This document shows, one piece after another, positions 60,191-64,000 of a DNA stretch of 64,000 bases. The notes under the pieces are model-generated. The model worked only from the letters and a program-made list of their open reading frames with translations. It made no database searches and was not told where the DNA came from. Position 1 is the first letter of the stretch. Every line of letters begins with the position of its first letter. Both the position numbers and the translations under genes were made by a program. The DNA is from the human T2T-CHM13v2.0 reference genome, Homo sapiens, in the NCBI RefSeq assembly GCF_009914755.1, contig NC_060929.1; one strand, written 5' to 3'.

Positions 60191-62729
60191 TCAGCTCTTT
60201 CTGATGCTGGTTCAAAACCACAGGCTCCAGAATCCAGTTCCTTCTGTGAACATGACTGTTGGCCTTATGTTGCTTCAGCAGTTTAAAAGCTCATATTCTT
60301 TGTGTCTCTTGACTCGAAGGGAAGATGTTTTGTAATACTGTTGGAGCCCTCTTGACTAATCATGTGGTCGAGCTGAGGTTGTCCTCTGTCCCCCCTTTTG
60401 TACACGCCACAGCTGAGCTGCTGCTGAGAAGTGTATAACTGCATTTGTTATACAAATGTCTTCCTTTTTGTCTGGGCTGGGGTCTTTGTGTGTGTGGGGG
60501 GGGTGATTAGGGGAGAGTAGGGAGAGGGCTGTTCCTGGCTGGCTGCTTCCTGAGATATCTACCTTGTTGAGTGTCTCTTCATAGGCACTTTAACTCACAG
60601 AAGACATTTAGTGCCAGAAGGGGTTTTATTTGCCCCACATGTCTGCATAGTCGATTGCTGCTTCTGGAGTTAGTTAAAGTCATTTTCCATGGTGGCAAAA
60701 CAGATACCCGTGCTGTTGAACCCTGGGGGCTGCTGATGCTGATTTGGTTTGGACATCCTTCTCTTCTTCCCACTTTGTGTTAGTGGGAGGCTCGCTCTTC
60801 TTGCCCTCTGCAGTGTCACGCTTCATGTAGGGTTCAGCGGTGGTATGTGGTTCAGCTAGGACAGGAAGAAGGACTTCCCTTTGCAGCCCTGTGGTCCTGG
60901 CTTTAAGAGGAGAGAAATGTTCTTAAAATCTCTATTAAGGATATTTTTATTAGGCATGTTTATCTTATATAGTGGTGAAAACAAGAACAAGTTTTTAGAT
61001 TACTTATAAAATATCATGATGAAGCGGAAGATCTTTGTCCAATCAGAGGAAAAATTCTGATCCCAATCTTCTGTTTCTGTTTCCACTTAACTCCCACCAC
61101 AGAGTGGAGCATCTCTCTGACTCCACTTAACTATCATGAAGTGCCCATATGTCCTGCTAGGTCAGTATGGGAGAGGGTGGGGAGATGACAGACTCTCAGG
61201 GCTGGGAAAGGCTCTGATTTGTCTCCTGCCAGGGACTCATTTTCTCTGATAATAAAGGCCTCCTGTCTCTTGAGCGGACATCAGCATTTGTGGAGATGCT
61301 TGTGTGGCTGGGACTGAAGGAATAACTCACACTTCCTTTATCCATACAAAACCGAGTGGGTTAGAAGCTCCCTTTTGGGCAAGCCATGTGTTCGAGGCTT
61401 GGAGCCCCATCGCTTTGCTGTGCCACCCTCAGGCAGGACGTGGTGCTTCCCAGTTGTCAGTGAGGTGAGGAACATATCCCAGAACACAGTCCTAAGTGAC
61501 TAACACTGGAGTGTATAGTTCCTTAGAATTTCAGAGTTGGGCGAGACTTCAGACATCACCCAGTTACCACATTTCACAGGTAAACGAATGAACTGAGGCT
61601 CAGAATAGTAAGCTGATTTGCCCTGCACCACTCAGCTTGTTATGGAGCAGGGACTGGTGATAATATTGAAGCATTTATTATTGGTTTTTAGAACGCTGAG
61701 TTCTTTACATGAGTGATATCGTTTGACCATCCTGTTTAGTAGTTGGGGAAATGAGTCTCAAAGAGTTTAGGTAACTAGCCACTGAGTGGTAGAGCTGAGG
61801 TTGGAGCCTGGGCATTCCAAATCCAGAGCCTACACCCATTCCTATACCACCCTCTCCCTGGGGCTCAGTTCTCCCGATTGTTACCTCAGTGCAGCTTCCA
61901 CCCCACAGTAACACCTGGCACCATCACTGCAAGGATGACATTAGGCAGGGAGACCCAGACCCCAGAGAGGGCAAGTGTCTTGGTGTCGGTACCACAGCAG
62001 ACCAGCTCTTTTGTTGAGCGTTAGATGACCTATGATGAGAATGCTGTTTTGTCATCAGCCTACAATTTTACCTCCAATTTTCTCCATATTCAACCCTCAA
62101 GGTTTGGGGGATGTCACCAACTCTATTTAGAAGCAGCTAAGGGCTGAAAACATAGTAGTTTTGAGTTTCAGGGAAATTAAAAGCCTAAACTTTTTGCACA
62201 CTTCTCAAAGCCTTGAGATCGGTGAAGATGTTAATGAGAATTGCCATTATGGTTGATTAATAGAAGAAGGAAAGATGAAGAACTGCCCCAGAGTATATAA
62301 CACTGTGGCAGAGGTGGATCTGAGACTCGATATCCTTGTACCCGTTTGCTGTCAGGCTTTGGATCCCTTGTCCAATTCCACTTGACAAAGCAGAAAGAGG
62401 TCAGGGCTGATCGTGTGCTGGGTTCTCCACCATGCACCATGGTGCATCCCTGTGAAAGCTAGCCTGGGTATCTACCTCTCATTTCCTCACAGGCAGGATC
62501 CTTCCACTGATCCGCCAGACTCCCTGTCTCCCCTCCCTCTGCATTTCCTTGCCCATCAGGTCTGTGAGGTTATGGGCCAGGGGCTTGAGGTCCTGGATCC
62601 TGGTCCCAGCTCTGTTGCTTCCTGTCGTTTACACCCTCTGGGCCTCTCTTTCCATAGGACTGTAGTAATATTGTGGAGTTACATACCTGTGAAACAGAGG
62701 CAGATTCACCTCCACTAGTGAGTGCTTAG

Positions 62730-62940
62730 CAGTGCTCTCTGCTGGGTACCACTAGACATTCTGCAGTAATGGAAATGAATGGAAATGTCCCATGTGTGTG
62801 CTGTCCATTGCAGCAGCCACTAGGCACCAGTGGTTGTTGAGCCTTTGAAATGTGGCTAGTGTGAATGAAGAACAGGATTTAATTTCATTTTAATTCATTT
62901 CAATGTAAATAGCCGTCCGTGGCTATGTTGGACAGCACAG
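62730..62940. mobile_element. MER3 hAT MITE
   Basis: gcagccactag...ttgaaatgtggctagtgtga...ttggacagcacag. Confidence 0.8.
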
Positions 62941-62988
62941 CTCCAGGGTAAGTGTGAGGCAGGAGGCATGAATCCATTCTTTCCCTGG

Positions 62989-63361
62989 TGTGTTAGTCCA
63001 TTTGCGTTGTTATAAAGAAGCACCTGAGACTGGGTAATTTATAAAGAAAAGAGGTTTATTTTGGCTCATGGCTCTGCAGGCTGTACAGGAAGTGTGATGC
63101 CAGCATCTGCTTCTGGTGAGGGCCTCAGGAAGCTTCTAATCATGGCAGAAGGCAAAGGGGGAGCAGGCTTTATATGGCAAGACAGGGAGCAAGGAGAAGG
63201 GAGGTACCAGGCTCTTTTAAACAACAGCTCTCTCAGGGAGGGCCCCAAGTCATTCATGAGGGATTTGCCCCCACGACTCAAACACTTCCCACCAGGCCCC
63301 ACCTCTGACATTGGGGATCACATTTCAACATGAAATTTGGAGGGGATCCAAACCATATTAC
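62989..63361 (-). mobile_element. MSTB-like MaLR LTR
   Basis: tgtgttagtccattt...gccagcatctgcttctggtgagggcctcaggaagctt...caaaccatat. Confidence 0.88.
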
Positions 63362-64000
63362 CTGGTAAGTCCTTGTTTCCACATGTCTCTCATCTTACTG
63401 CAGGGAGTGCTATTCTCTTTTGTTTGTTTTTATGGCTCCTCAAAAATCAACTTTAGACATTTCAGTTTAAAGTGTTTCTTAAAAATCTGGTCTCTAAATG
63501 CAATCCAATCCTTCAGCTGCTCAGCCAAAGAAGCAGTGATCGATGTAGACATTGGCTGCCTTGGACTGAGATGTTCTGGCAGTCTCACCAGTGTGGTGCC
63601 TTCCTTAGAGTGACTTGACTGCATTTTCGCTTTACAGAATGAACTTAGAAGCAAACCTCTCATATAAAATGTAACCCTCTCGTAGGAATCAATGAGGTAG
63701 TAGATAAGCTCTGGATGTCTGTATCAAGGCTGGGAGCATCCAGCTGTAGCCCAGCAGTAGGAAAGACAATCTGTCAAACTATATTTGATTGCTAACAGGT
63801 TAGTAACTAACAGGAAGTCATGCACTGTAGCAGGATGTACTTTTCATGGCCAAAAAGATGAGTACTAATGATGATAACATTAACAGGTAAGACATCCCTA
63901 CTGTACACCAGGCCTTTTGTGAGGCACCTGCATAACCTCATTTGACCATCATGACATCTCTATGATTCAGGAGCAGTTAATATCCCCATTTTGCCAACAA

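Overview
Mammalian genomic DNA, almost certainly human (Alu, L1PA and HERV-K LTR5 content). It holds most of SLC36A1 (PAT1/LYAAT1, proton-coupled amino acid transporter 1) on the + strand. The gene has a CpG-rich promoter with two CLEAR-type E-boxes near 24.5 kb, a non-coding exon 1, and coding exons 2-10 (35771-56467). These splice in frame through GT-AG introns to give 1159 coding nt (codons 1-386 plus one base); the last coding exon lies beyond the window. The remainder is mostly interspersed repeats: a solo HERV-K LTR5, THE1/MST/MLT LTRs, old and young L1s, about 20 Alus and several DNA-transposon MITEs. There is also a 5S rRNA retropseudogene, a tailless 38-nt U2 snRNA retrocopy, and a 36-bp minisatellite in intron 1 with a detached copy 4.5 kb away. 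I found no convincing new multi-gene system, and most ORF-track entries are repeat or chance ORFs. The best leads are: (1) a two-uORF leader whose overlapping uORF is created by the splice junction and can be removed by an alternative donor; (2) the ectopic minisatellite insertion with a duplicated target; (3) an in-frame N-terminal extension with a possible internal promoter ahead of exon 2; (4) inverted Alus bracketing exons 3-7; and (5) an 81-nt inverted-duplication hairpin in intron 9. Repeat subfamily names come from memory of consensus sequences, and repeat edges are approximate unless a TSD is given.
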